Assembly: GCA_038087875.1 (NCBI GenBank)
Contig: CM075999.1
Location: 2,668,001 to 2,732,000 of the forward strand
Length of the DNA: 64,000 bases
DNA from: Malacoraja senta
Lineage: Eukaryota
Direction: 5' to 3'
Shown here: in pieces, positions 40,208 through 51,810 of the stretch
Numbering within the stretch: position 1 is the stretch's first letter
Layout: the number at the start of each line of letters is the position of its first letter
Translations under genes and position numbers: made by a program
Notes under the pieces: model-generated
The model's database searches: none
What the model was told of the DNA's origin: nothing
Seen by the model: the letters and a program-made list of their open reading frames with translations, nothing else

Positions 40208-43200
40208 TTTTACTTCGGAGTCACGTGAGTGACTACGTGAAGAACCCCGTCAGGGCGCATGCGCGTCATTACGTCTGACGCATTGGCGACAACGGCAGCG
40301 GGAGGACGGAGCTCCTTCTGCAGGTGAGTAGTTACAGCTCCACCAAAGTCGGGGAGACTTTGGAGGAGTTAGAAAAAAGTAAGAAAGTGTTTCTGTGTTC
40401 TTTTTTCCCCACATACAGGAACAAGGAAAAGGTGCAGGTCTGCTGCCGACAAGGAGAGAGAGAGCTGCGGGAGCGCAGTCTCTGAAAGGCAGCCTGTCAC
40501 CTCGGGGGAGTCGCAAGCCGGTAGCGGTGCGGCGACAGACTTGGCAAAGTGCCCAGCCGGGTACACAGCCAACGCCAGTCGGGCGGTCGGCATAACCCAA
40601 GTCTGTCAGGGCTATAGACTCCGCAGAGTCGGGCCACGAGAGTCCCGTTGGGGACAGGATACCGTTCCCCAGCGGTTATCTAAAAGGAGCAGCTCATACA
40701 GGGGCTGCTCCACAGAGACGCTCCAGGGGAGTTGTGCAGGAGGGAAGCCATAGAGAAGGCTCCGCTGGCAGTGCCTAGGAGAGGTCTGCTTCATAAAGCC
40801 ACACTCCAGGAGGAGTAGTGCAGGCGGGAAGCCATAGGTAAGGCTCCGCTGGCAGTGCCTAGGAGAGGTCTGCTTCATAAAGCCATACTCCAGGAGGAGT
40901 TGTGCAGGCGGGAGGCCGTTGGGACGGCTCCGCTGGCAGTGCCTAGTAGAGGCCTGTTTGAAAGCACCCTCTTTGCAAGAGGTGAGTGCAGAAGGGCAGA
41001 TACGCTCTGACCCTGAGTCCGATGACTTCCAAAGGGAGGGCAGGCAGCTGCCAGAGCTGACACCGTGTGCAGCACGGTTTGCCATGTCGTCGGACGCTGG
41101 TGAGCCTCTGGGTGAGGAACTTGCCACCAGCATAAATTACCAAGTCTCACATCAGCTACAGGAGCTGACAATGGATGAGACAGTAACGAAGTATGAAGCC
41201 CCAATCAAATGTGGACTGTTAAAAGTTCCTGTTGGGAACAGGAAGAATTGGGGCAAGATGGGCATACTAATGAAAGCCCAGGAGCATGTGAAGCTCCAGC
41301 ATATTTTTAAAGTTGCTGGGATCTGGTATAAAGAGCTTTGCCAGGATGGTGGATGGAGAGGCCATGACAAATTACAACAAAAGGCGCTATTGTGGAGTGC
41401 CCACTTTGAGATCAACTGCCTCCGCAAGACTGCGATTAGACCAACCATCAATCCTAAATATGCTTCACTCTGCCAGCCTGGCACAGTGCAACCGGCACAG
41501 CTGTTTGGCGAGGATTTCGCACAGCAGGTGAAGGAGCTGGAGGAGGAGGCTAAGACGGCAGCCACATATTCACCAAAGCGGAAGTATCCCTATAAGGGAG
41601 CAGACTGGTTCGGGCAAGGGACGAGTCCAGCTACGATGTAGCGCAGTTGGCATTCGGCTGTAGCACCGCCACGGAGGTGAGATATCCAGCTCAAGGCCGG
41701 GGAAGAATGCCAGGTGGTAAGGAGGTAAGAGGGTCTGGTTCTCATGTAGACAGATCTAATGTGATACAATTAAATGTTTACCTCAGATATGTTTATACTG
41801 AAGGTTATTCAAGGGCATCGAATAAAGCTTAATGCAAATTCTGATTTACCCATGCAACATGTTCCAAAAAAGGAGTTTGACTTCAGTATCACTGAACAAT
41901 TGGAAGTTCAGCTGGAACTTGCAAGCTTATGTAATAAAGGTGTAATTGCTAAGGCAGTTTACCAAAGCCATCAGTTTGTGTCCAATATCTTTCCCAGACC
42001 AACAAAGGATGGGGGGATGCAGAATTATACGGACCTGAATAGTCTGAACCCTTTTGTACGGTATAGACATTTTAAGATGGAAACGTTTGTGAAGGAGATC
42101 TTAAAGATGCGGATTCAGTGTCTGTTCATTTGCAGGATAGAAGATTTAAAAATTCAGCTGGATGGGGCAATTATGCCAATACAATCCACTGCCTAATGGT
42201 TTCTCTTCAGCTCCTAGAGGGATTACAAAGTTGTTAAAACCTATTCTAGGCATGATGAGAAGTCAAGGTCATGTGCTCATGGCTTAGCTAGATAATATCT
42301 TGATTGTAGGACAATCAAAGGAAACAGCTGAAGCATCAGTGGCAGTTGGTAAAAACCATTTTTTAATTGGGCTTTATAAGCTATCCAGAGAAATCTAAAT
42401 TTATACCTGTGACACAAATTGACTTAGATTTGGATTGGAGCTATCTATCTGCCAGGGAAACTTAATGTAGTACCAGATGGCAGCTCACGAAATTTCCATC
42501 ATAACACAGAGTGGATGTGGAACCAGGATGTGTTCAAGAACATAGTACTTCTATATGGAAGGCCAAAATATGTTTCACAGGCACCAGATCCAGGGGCAGT
42601 GGCAATTGATGCTTTTTCACTAAATTGGGATGATATGTTTGTGTACATTTTCCCACCATTCTGCCTCATAGGTCGGTGTTTGAGAAAATCAAGCAGGATG
42701 CCGCTTCAGGGGTTTTGGTGATACCAAATTGCCTGATTCAACCATGGTTCCCTTTGATGTTACAGATAGCGATCCAACCTCTTTTTGCTGATTCCAAACA
42801 GTAGGAATTTGCTGGAGCATCCAGTAACGCATTGTTCATCCGTTATGTGATGGTATGGATCTGTTAATTTGCAGGTTTTAAGAATGCCTTACATTGGTTG
42901 AGGACTTTCTAGGCCAACGGTGGATATACTCACTGCAGCCTGGAGAAACAGTACTCAAAAACAGTATATGACATGGGAAAAAGAAAAAAAAATGGGAACA
43001 ATATTGTGTTCAAAAGAATATTCAATATGATACTGCAGTTATTGAAAATGTGTTAGAGTTTATCTACACTTTATTATGATGAGGGTCTTAGCTATACTGC
43101 TATCAATACAGCTAGAAGTGCTTTGTCCGCATATCTTGTAATAGGTACACGGACACAAAGTATAGGTTCTCACCCTCTCATATCTAGGTTGATGAAAGGA

Positions 43201-44411
43201 ATCTAATTCCAAACCGCCTAAGCCTAGGTATATGGTAATCTGCGAGGTAAGCGTTGTTCGTAACATACTTCGTCATTGGGTCCCTGTCACGGCTATAACT
43301 TTGTTAAAATTAACCATGAAATTGGCTATGCTAATGGTATTGGTGTCAGTACAGAGAGTGCAGACTTTCCAAAAAACTTCAGTTCGAGAGAATGGAAGTG
43401 AATACAGAGAATGTTCTGTTTTATATTTCTGACCTGCTCAAACAAAGCAGGCCAGGTGTGACAGGTCTTAAGATTGTGTTCTCAGCATATCCTACAGCTC
43501 CATGTTTATGTGTAAGGACACATTTGTTACATTACATTGAAGCCACGGGCTTTAAGACAAGAAGAAACAGGATTATTTCTCAGTTACAAGAAGCCAACAT
43601 AAAAGAGTGGCAGTTCAGACTATCTCAAGGTGGTTAAAGCAAGAGTTGGTTCAGGCAGGAATTAACATTTATGTGTTTACATCTCATTCCACTAGCGCAG
43701 TAGCAACATCCGCGGCCAGGGCGATGGACGTTCCCATCGACCATATATTAAAAGCCGCAGGTTGGAAAAATGAACTTGTGTTTCAGCAATACTACCATCG
43801 GCCGATTGCCGATGGAGGGCTGTTTGCCAACTCAATATTGAGTGCTGTTGCTATTGTTTAAAGTCTGTTTTCAATACTGTTTCATTCTGTTTCGTTTGTT
43901 GCCCTACATTAAGAGGGTTTATTGGTTGTTTTATGACCAAAAATAAAACTGTTTTGTTTTTGCATGATATGCAATGTCATGTTTACAGCATTATTGATGA
44001 TACTCAGAGTCAATCGATGCAGTGAGAAGCCGGGATTTTGATCTGCGGCATAAAAATCACAGAGCTTTAAAATCTTCACGTAGTCACTCACGTGACTCCG
44101 AAGTAAAATAGTAAGATTAAACGAGAACTTACCAGTTTGAAGTTTGATCTTTATTTTATGAGGAGTTACGTTGGTGATTACGTGCCCGCCACGCCCAACC
44201 CTCTCTCATAGAAAAAAGGTCATAATGGTAGTTCTCATGTTGATCATCTTAATATGTTACTTCAATTATGGTGTTGTCTGTGATTTCATACCGCTGCTTT
44301 GAAGATTGACGCGCATGCGCCCTGACGGGGTTCTTCACGTAATCACCAACGTAACTCCTCATAAAATAAAGATCAAACTTCAAACTGGTAAGTTCTCGTT
44401 TAATGTTACTA
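40208..44411 (+). mobile_element. DIRS1-type tyrosine-recombinase retrotransposon: structurally complete, coding-degenerate
   Basis: Left ITR from 40208; right ITR ~44308-44411; internal complementary region ~44073-44185. Gag-like ORF 40919-41641; RT remnants (FVSNIF, LNPFVRYRHFKMET, LPNG-type motif); MT-like DAFSLNW..YIFPPFCLI; YR (QRVQT, SRWLK, HST.A.ATSAA, ILKAAGW..F..YY). Confidence 0.95.
42890..43861 (+). pseudogene. DIRS tyrosine recombinase (degenerate)
   Basis: Frameshifted pieces; C-terminal ORF 43607-43861 has HSTS in place of the HxxR catalytic motif and the conserved YY. Confidence 0.85.
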
Positions 44412-46139
44412 ATCTTTCACACACTGGGATAGACTAGGAATTAAAGCGTTCGGTGACCTATATGAAACTGGAAAATTACTATCATTTCAACAATTACAAA
44501 TAAAATATAAACTCGGAAATAATCAATATTTTAAATATTTTCAAAAATGCGACTATTTGAAAAAATATACAAAAGATCATTATAATAGCCCAGCAGATGT
44601 ATTGGATGATGCAATGCAGATAAAAGCTGAATCAGCAAACTTAATGTCATATTTGTATAATATTATCTTAAATGTAGAAATACCATCTACAGAAGGTATC
44701 AGAAGAGACTGGGAACAAGAATTTGCTATTAAAATTTCAAAGGAAAGGTGGAATGAACACTTATGTTTGATTAATGTAAGACACACTTTAATACACTTTA
44801 ATACAATTTAAAATTTTACATAGATTATATTATTCCAAAACTAAAATCCATAAAATTTTCCCAAATGTATCATCCATCTGTGATAAATGTCAATCGCAAG
44901 AAGCTACTATAGCGCACTCATTTGTTTTCTGTACAAAAATTCAAAAATTTTGGATTGAAATTTTTGAAATCTTTACAAAATTATTTAAAATAAAACTGAT
45001 ACCCGAAGCAGAATGGATTATCTTCGGAATAACGGAAGATAGTCCAGAACTAAATGTATTCCAAAAGAAACTAATAGACTATGGGTTAATAACTGGAAAA
45101 AAGCTAATCCTAAAATTTTGGAAAAAGGCTCCAATACCAACTATAAACATGTGGATTTCAAATATGTTCGAAACATTACACCTAGAAGAGATAAGACTCC
45201 TCCTGGCAGGTAAACCAGATCACTTCCACCTGACGTGGTCTGCATTTATAGAGTTATTACAAATATAGGGTGCAAAAGTACCTTAAAAAAAACCTGAGGT
45301 CAGGTAAGGGGGGATGAAAGTTGGAGAGTTGGTATGTCCCATTTGCGTGATGCTTACAAAAACTATTTGTTTTTCTCTTTTCCCTCTTTCTCTTTCTTCT
45401 TCTTTTCTAGGGTCTATTTCTTAACTCTTTTTCTTTTGTTTTTAATTTCGTTCTTATAGGGTCTTTGTTCTTTCTTGTTGTCACGTTTTTTACACTTTCA
45501 CCTTTTCCTTCACTTTCTTCTTTCTCTCAATCTCATCCTTTCCCTTTATTAGTGTAAAAAACAAACGGAGTACATTAATTGTAAGAAGATATATGTGACG
45601 AGTACTAATGTATGTGGTTGTAATGTAATGTACTTCTAATAAATAAAAAAAATTTAAAAATATATATATATATTATTATTACCCGACAGTGACAGTGTGA
45701 CACTTTTAGATCCTACTGTATGTTGTCATTAAACAGTTGGTTTTAAATTACATATTGGATTCACTGCGGAGCAGGCGATGCCTTACCTGGATCGCCGTTT
45801 GAAGCTCTGGAGTGTTGGGCCTGCTGCTTCAACATCATGGAGCTGTGGTTTGCGGAGCTTCCAGCCTCGGGCCGCGCTGATTTCAACATCGTGGAGCCCT
45901 GGGATCCCTTTGGCGAGGGCCGCCAGCGTGAATCTCCGCCCAGCTCAGCCTGTGGACTTCGGGAGCCGAGGTCTCCGGTAGGAAGTGGCCGATTCGGAAG
46001 TCCAAGCCGCTGAGAATGTTCTCCCGTTCCGACGTCGGATGGTGACCCCAAATTTCATTGTACCAATTGGTGCACGTGACAATAAGTGTTTCTAGAATTG
46101 AATGTGGAATATTAAGAAATAAAGAAACTACAAATACAC

Positions 46140-47826
46140 TAAGAGCAAAAATGTTTTTTTCTCGCCTTCTTCATAGCAAAATCATGCAGAAGTTCACCAA
46201 CATTTGTTTGTCTAAGTTTGTCACTCTCAATGCACAGAATGCTCAGAGCAGACATAGAAACATAGAAACATAGAAAATAGGTGCAGGAGTAGGCCATTTG
46301 GCCCTTCGAGCCTGCACCGCCATTCAATATGATCATGGCTGATCATCCAACTCAGTATCCTGTACCTGCTTTCTCTCCATATCCCCTGATCCCTTTAGCC
46401 ACAAGGGCCACATCTAACTCCCTCTTAAATATAGCCAATGAACTGGCCTCAACTACATTCTGTGGCAGAGAATTCCAGAGATTCACCACTCTCTGTGTAA
46501 AAAATGTATTTCTCATTTCTCATCTCATAAAAGATTTCCCCTTGATCCTTAAACTGTGACCCTTTGTTCTGGACTTCCCCAACATCGGGATCAATCTAGC
46601 CTGTCCAACCCCTTAAGAATTTTGTAAGTTTCTATAAGATCCTCCCTCAATCTTCTAAATTCTAGCGAGTACAAGCCGAGTCTATCCAATCTTTCTTCAG
46701 ACAACCTCTCTTGAGACATTGTCGACCTTAATTGATTTTTAATTCTTTTGAGTCTTGAAAAAGACCTCTCTCCTGAGCAGTTTGTGACCATTAAGCTAAG
46801 AAACAGCCGCTAGATTGCTTCCACATTAGGAAAGGCCATCTGAATTGTTTCCTTGTTCTTCTGGCTTTGTCTCACGTATGAGTGAAAGTGCAAAAATTCA
46901 TCAGTAAGTTTCAGTTCAACATCTTCTGGGTATGGTTCCATCAACAGTTCAACACCTTGCTGAATTTCTTGCTTAGATGCGGTCAGATTAGCAAGAAATG
47001 AAAACTGTTGTGCAACTTCACTGTACACAGTTCCTCTTCTTTTTAAATTGGTTTCAAGTGCATCTAGTATAGGAATAAAGGATTTTATCCTAAACCTATC
47101 TCTTGAAGAGAGTGTATCTAAAGTATCAGGACCAGGTGCACCTCCATTATTTCCTTGCCATTTCCTTACTCTTTATCTCCCTGTGACAGTTCTGTAGTTA
47201 ACGTCTGGCAAGGTGGCATTTGCTTGTTGCTCAAACTCATCAAAATCTTCTCTAATTTTGCTTACAAAATCCTGAAGTGAACTGGACAAACTTGCACAAG
47301 TACTCAATAACAGTTTGGATTTCTGAATGGCTTTGTTGACCTTGTGGAAATGACCAAGCAAACGGGTCAAAAAATGCAGCACAAACACAAATTCCAGTTC
47401 TTCCATTTTCTGCAAAAGATTGTTAGCTTGAAGCCTGGTATCACCCTTCACATTAACATCAGAGTACAAATGACTGAGGGCATCAGTGATAGCGCTGTAA
47501 CTTTCCAAAATAGCTTCTGTGGCTTTTGCATATGCCTCCCACCTAGTGTCTGACAAATATTTAGGCGCTTTTGACTGAGGTTGCGAAAATGATTTTAGAA
47601 CTGTCCATCTCTTTGTGGAGGATGAAAAGGTATAAATTTCATTGATAATTCCAAAACTGTTCACTGCATCAAGGCAGCAATCAACAGCCGAACGAACGGC
47701 CCACCAAATGAAATGAGTGAGCAGCGCATGGAATAAATCTTGCAAATTTGTTTTTTTCAAGGATTTTTTGCTGCATACCCTTGTACCTACCAGCCATGTT
47801 GGCAGCATTGTCATAAGACTGCCCTC
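46140..47826 (-). pseudogene. hAT transposase relic (ZMYM1/DUF4371-like with hAT C-terminal dimerisation domain)
   Basis: RGQSYDNAANMAG, FIPCAAHSFHLVG, LSDTRWEA, VTNCSGERSFSRLKRIKNQLRSTMSQERLS/ALSILCIE; CR1 insert 46255-46697 with TSD CAGACA. Confidence 0.9.
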
Positions 47827-48250
47827 GGAAGAAGAGCTCCAAATTGCGGCGGGCGCGGAACTCATTGAGGGGGGATGGAGGGGGACAAAGGTGAGGCCTC
47901 TGCTGCGGACAGACCGTTCGGTATCTGAGGGGGAGGTCAGGGGGGATGGTGAACACCTGGCAGGGATGGGGGTTGCGGCCGGAGGAAGGCAGGTGAGTGG
48001 ACTGAGGCCGAGGCGATGTCTGGTGGGGGGCTGGTGGGTGGTCAGGGGGTAGGGGGGTATGAGGACTGTAGTGTGGGTGGGGAAGAGCTGTGGTCACATT
48101 TGAGGGGAATGTGGAAGACCCAGTGGAACAGCCACTGAGGTTAACAGGGTTTGTGCGGACTAGCACTAGGACCCAGCGCAGTCAAACTCAGGGGAGTTGG
48201 AGTCTGCAGCATGGAAACTCCAGGCCCGGTGCTGAGTCCAGGCTGCAGGT
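47826..48250 (-). mobile_element. Penelope-like element ORF N-terminal fragment
   Basis: PCQVFTIPPDLPL..ERSV.SRGLTFVP..LNEFRARRNLELFFR (frameshifted). Confidence 0.7.
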
Positions 48251-48429
48251 AAGGCGACGGCTGTGGGCTGCTGGAGGGCGGTGGAGTGGCGAGGGACAGC
48301 GGGCAAAGTGTGGGAGCTCCCGGTGGGCGGGAAACTAGCCCCATCAGAGACTGTGAGCAGGGTTAACTAGAGAAAGGACCATTCCGCCTATCGTAGCAGG
48401 TGGCTGCTCGTTCCCACCCACCCTTTACC

Positions 48430-49456
48430 TAGCGATGTTATAATACTCACCTTCAGCGGTGCTGCAGTTCTGCCACTGGCCGTGTGCACGACTTTGGTGC
48501 CTTGAGGGGGGGGGGGGGCGGGATTAAAATGCCGTTTTCTCCTGCCTGTCGGAGTCGAACTTTCTCAGGCTGTTCAGCTGCTGAAGAAAAATCGTTCCGA
48601 CTTCCGGTCTCGGAAGTTGTTTTTTTAAAATCACGGGACAATTTAATCCTTGGAGTAAAATAAAAAGTTACTTCTAACGCCGTCAGCGCCTACAACGGGA
48701 CGGATCTCACGTAGGGGACAAAACATAATGTAAGTCATTTATTTTACATATAAACTTGCTTCTTAGGATGACTTTAATCCAAATTTCATTGGCGAAAATG
48801 TGATTTGGCCCCATATTTCCTGCCGATATGGGGTTCAAATTCACTGCAATCGCAACGTTCCAAACGATCGCGTTCCACAAAAACCCACTCGCAAGATGAT
48901 TAAAATGCCCATTAATTTACGGGAATTAAACAGTAAATTCCTTCCTTGGCCTATAAATTCATGACAATGAGATTTAAAAATCATGTTATATTGTGAATTC
49001 TTGTGTGAATGTTATTTGGACACTTAGGCTATTTAAAAATGTTAACATTTTCTTAAGAAATGGATAGATGTTTAGATCTAGTAATTGAATTTTGTAATTA
49101 GCTCCAATTAGGTAACTAGCTAATTATATGCTTTAATTTCAGGTCATCCAAGTAAGATTGTTTCATATTTGTTTCAGAATGCTTCAATATATAATAACTG
49201 AAAATTTCATTCAGTTCTCTTAATTTTTAAGAAAGTTATGGGCTTTTGACTGTCCTCGATCACAGCTTTTGAGTTAAGTCAATGGAAAAGCAATAGGGAA
49301 CAAGATGCTAATTTCAGTATGAAAATGGCTATAACTTTTTTAATACTGCAGATATGAACGTGAATTAGGTGTCAAATTAAACTTATTTTTATGCTTTATC
49401 TGATGGGATAAATTGCAGACTTGATTTTAAAAATCTCAAAATTTTGTAACTTGCTA
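48430..49456. mobile_element. Second copy of the TAG-terminated non-autonomous DNA transposon
   Basis: Colinear with 14750-16386 minus the nested MITE; TAGCGATGTTA / TAACTTGCTA; CTTTACC duplicated at both flanks. Confidence 0.8.
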
Positions 49457-49697
49457 CTTTACCCCGCCTTATCTCTTCTCCCCTGAAGCAGGTAGGTTGG
49501 GCACAGTCGGAGCTGATTCTGACATTGTTAAACTTGCAGCCGCGCACCGACTCGAACACTCCTGACTGTTGAAAGGACAAGGCTCAGAAAATACGAAGAT
49601 GTCAAAAGTTGTATACACCTTGGTGGAGCGGGCCGAGCCGTCCCTAGATCTCGAGGGCCTAAGCTTAAGCTTGTCTAGCTTATACGTAAATCTGGCC

Positions 49698-50060
49698 CTG
49701 TGTATGGGAGTGGCAAATTGGAATTACCCATTGCAGGACATGTGGAAGAGTTCATATGCACTAAAGCAAGGTTGGTCATGACCCTCACTGAATCTGAAGA
49801 TACTGTTATTCGAACAGCGGCCCCCAGTGTGGCAACGGGGAGGAAGTGGGCCCCATCTGAAGCCGTTCGGAGTGCTAAGTCTGCTCTTCATTTCCGGGAT
49901 GTGGTTGGCCAAGTCCAACACGGGAGAACCGGGCTCGGGCTCGGGCTCGTCCCAAAAGCTCCTCAATGGCACAAGGCAACATCAGTGCAGAAGAGACGGC
50001 TCGTGGTGGAGGAGGTGAGAAGACGGGAGGAGGCAGAGCGACACGCCAAGGCCGTCTCGT
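49698..50060 (+). mobile_element. HERO element internal fragment
   Basis: Near-identical to 35277-35558; LYGSGKLELP..TGRKW..VGQVQHGRTGLG. Confidence 0.85.
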
Positions 50061-50909
50061 GGACATTTTTCATCATGCTAGAAAAACGCCCCGACCTACT
50101 TGATGCCATGTTTAGTTCTGAGCATTAGGTTATAATAAAGATGTTTGTCAAGCTGGAAAGGGTACAGAGAAGATTTACGAGGATGTTGCCAGGACTAGAA
50201 GGTCTGAGCTACAGGGAGAGGTTGAGCAGGCTAGGACTCTATTCCTTGGAGCGCAGGAGGATGAGGAGTGATCTTCTAAAGGTGTATAAAATCATGAGAG
50301 CAATAGATCGGGTAGAGGGTGGGAATCAATAATCAGAGGACATCGGTTTAAGGCAAAAGGTAAAAGATTTGATAGGAATCTGAGGGGTAACTTTTGCACA
50401 CAAGCATTGGAGGGTGCATGGAATGAACAGCCAGAGGAGAGTTGAGGCAGGGACTATTGCAGCATTTAAGAAACAATTAGACAGGTACATGGATAGGACA
50501 GGTTTAGAGGGAAATGGGCTGGTGGGACTAGTGTAGATGGGACTAGTTGGTTGGTGTGGGAAAGTTGGACTGACGGGCCTGTTTTCATGCTATATTATGC
50601 TTTGACTCCATGAATTTGGCCAAATTGCCCATGCTGACACCTACCTCCATTTGGCCCATAGCCCTCAATGACCTCTTCTGGGAGCTCGTTCTATATCCCC
50701 ATCACCCTCTATGTGAAAATGTTGCCCCTCAGGTTCCTATTAAATGTTACCCCTCTCACCTTAAACCTATGTCCTCTGGTCCGGTCCTCCCCTACTCTGG
50801 GTAAAAGACTGTGCATTCTCCCCCTCTATTCTACTCCATCTGCTGTGGACCATGATTCACCCATCATCCTCTCATAAGCTGAGATAAGATATATTCCTGA
50901 GAAGAGATC

Positions 50910-51400
50910 CTACAGCCGGTCCGCGGCCAACTTCTACCGCGGGCGCGGCGGGGACTTACCATCCGGAGCGGGGTCCCTCGCCGGGGATCCCTGGAGAGGA
51001 GCTCCGGCCGCCGGCCCTGCGGTCTGCGGTGCTTCTGGCTGCGGCGCGGCGGGAACTTTAAATCTTCGACCGCCTGCCTGCGGCCTACACCAACCTGAAG
51101 CCGCGGTCTCCGGTGGGGAGGCACCGATTCAGGACTTACCTGGACTTACCCTGTCTGTACATCTGGACGCCCGCAGCGGCGACTGTGGAGGGTTGAGGTC
51201 CTGACCACGGGGGAGAATGGAGGAGGACTGGCCAAACTTTGTGCCTTCCACCACAGTGAGGAATGCTGTGGCGGATGTTTGTGTTAAATTTTTTTTATTG
51301 CGTATTGTGTGTTCTTTTTTATTGTACCGCTGCTGGCAAATTCATTTCACTGCACTTTATGTGCAAGTGACGAATAAACCTGATTGATTGATTGATTGAT
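50910..51400 (+). mobile_element. 5'-truncated copy of the 10410-11298 retroelement family
   Basis: Near-identical to the reverse complement of 10425-11010; ends AATAAACC(TGAT)n. Confidence 0.8.
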
Positions 51401-51504
51401 CTTCCAATCGATCTTGTTGCCGCTCCTGCGCTTTTTTTCTACCTGCACTTTCTCTGTAGCTCTCTATTTTGCTCTCTGTTATCTCTCCTTTTGCACTTCC
51501 TACC

Positions 51505-51810
51505 AGTTTAGTTTAGTTTAGAGATACAGCGCGGAAACAGGCCCTTCAGCCCACCGAGTCTGCACCGACCAGTGATCCACGCACACTAACACTACCTTAC
51601 ACACGCTAAGGACATTTTTACACTTATACCAAGCCAATTAGCCTACAAACCTGCACGTCTTTGGAGTGTGGGAGGAAACCGAAGATCTCGGAGAAAACCC
51701 ACGCAGGTCACGGGGAGAACGTACAAACTCCGTACAGACGGCACCCGTAGTCAGGATTGAACCCGGGTCTCTGGCGCTGTGAGGCAGCAACTCTACCGCT
51801 GCGCCACCGT
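51505..51810 (-). mobile_element. HE1-type V-SINE
   Basis: Full-length minus-strand copy. Confidence 0.88.

Larger units (their letters stand above)
39298..45660 (+). mobile_element. L1-clade LINE ORF2 and 3'UTR, split by the DIRS element
   Basis: LFALIIEPLA, ISLYAHDILLY, FGSFSGYRINWNKSE, FKYLGI, GRINAIKTIFLPQ; resumes at 44412 and ends with AATAAA + A-rich tail at ~45640-45660. Confidence 0.9.

Noticed and set aside
42560..42760. Adenine-methyltransferase-like motif (DAF..W..Y.FPPF) suggesting a restriction-modification or phage gene
   Set aside because: It is the known MT-like domain of DIRS1 elements, and it is degenerate here.
47681..48166. 161-aa ORF fusing a Penelope N-terminus to a hAT transposase segment
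   Set aside because: Chance in-frame junction of two degraded elements; both parts are frameshifted nearby, and it starts at a non-ATG codon with no splice support.
49640..49698. Polylinker-like cluster (AGATCT, CTCGAG, AAGCTT x2, TACGTA)
   Set aside because: No other vector sequence is present; it ends in AAATCTGGCCC, which looks like a palindromic MITE terminus.
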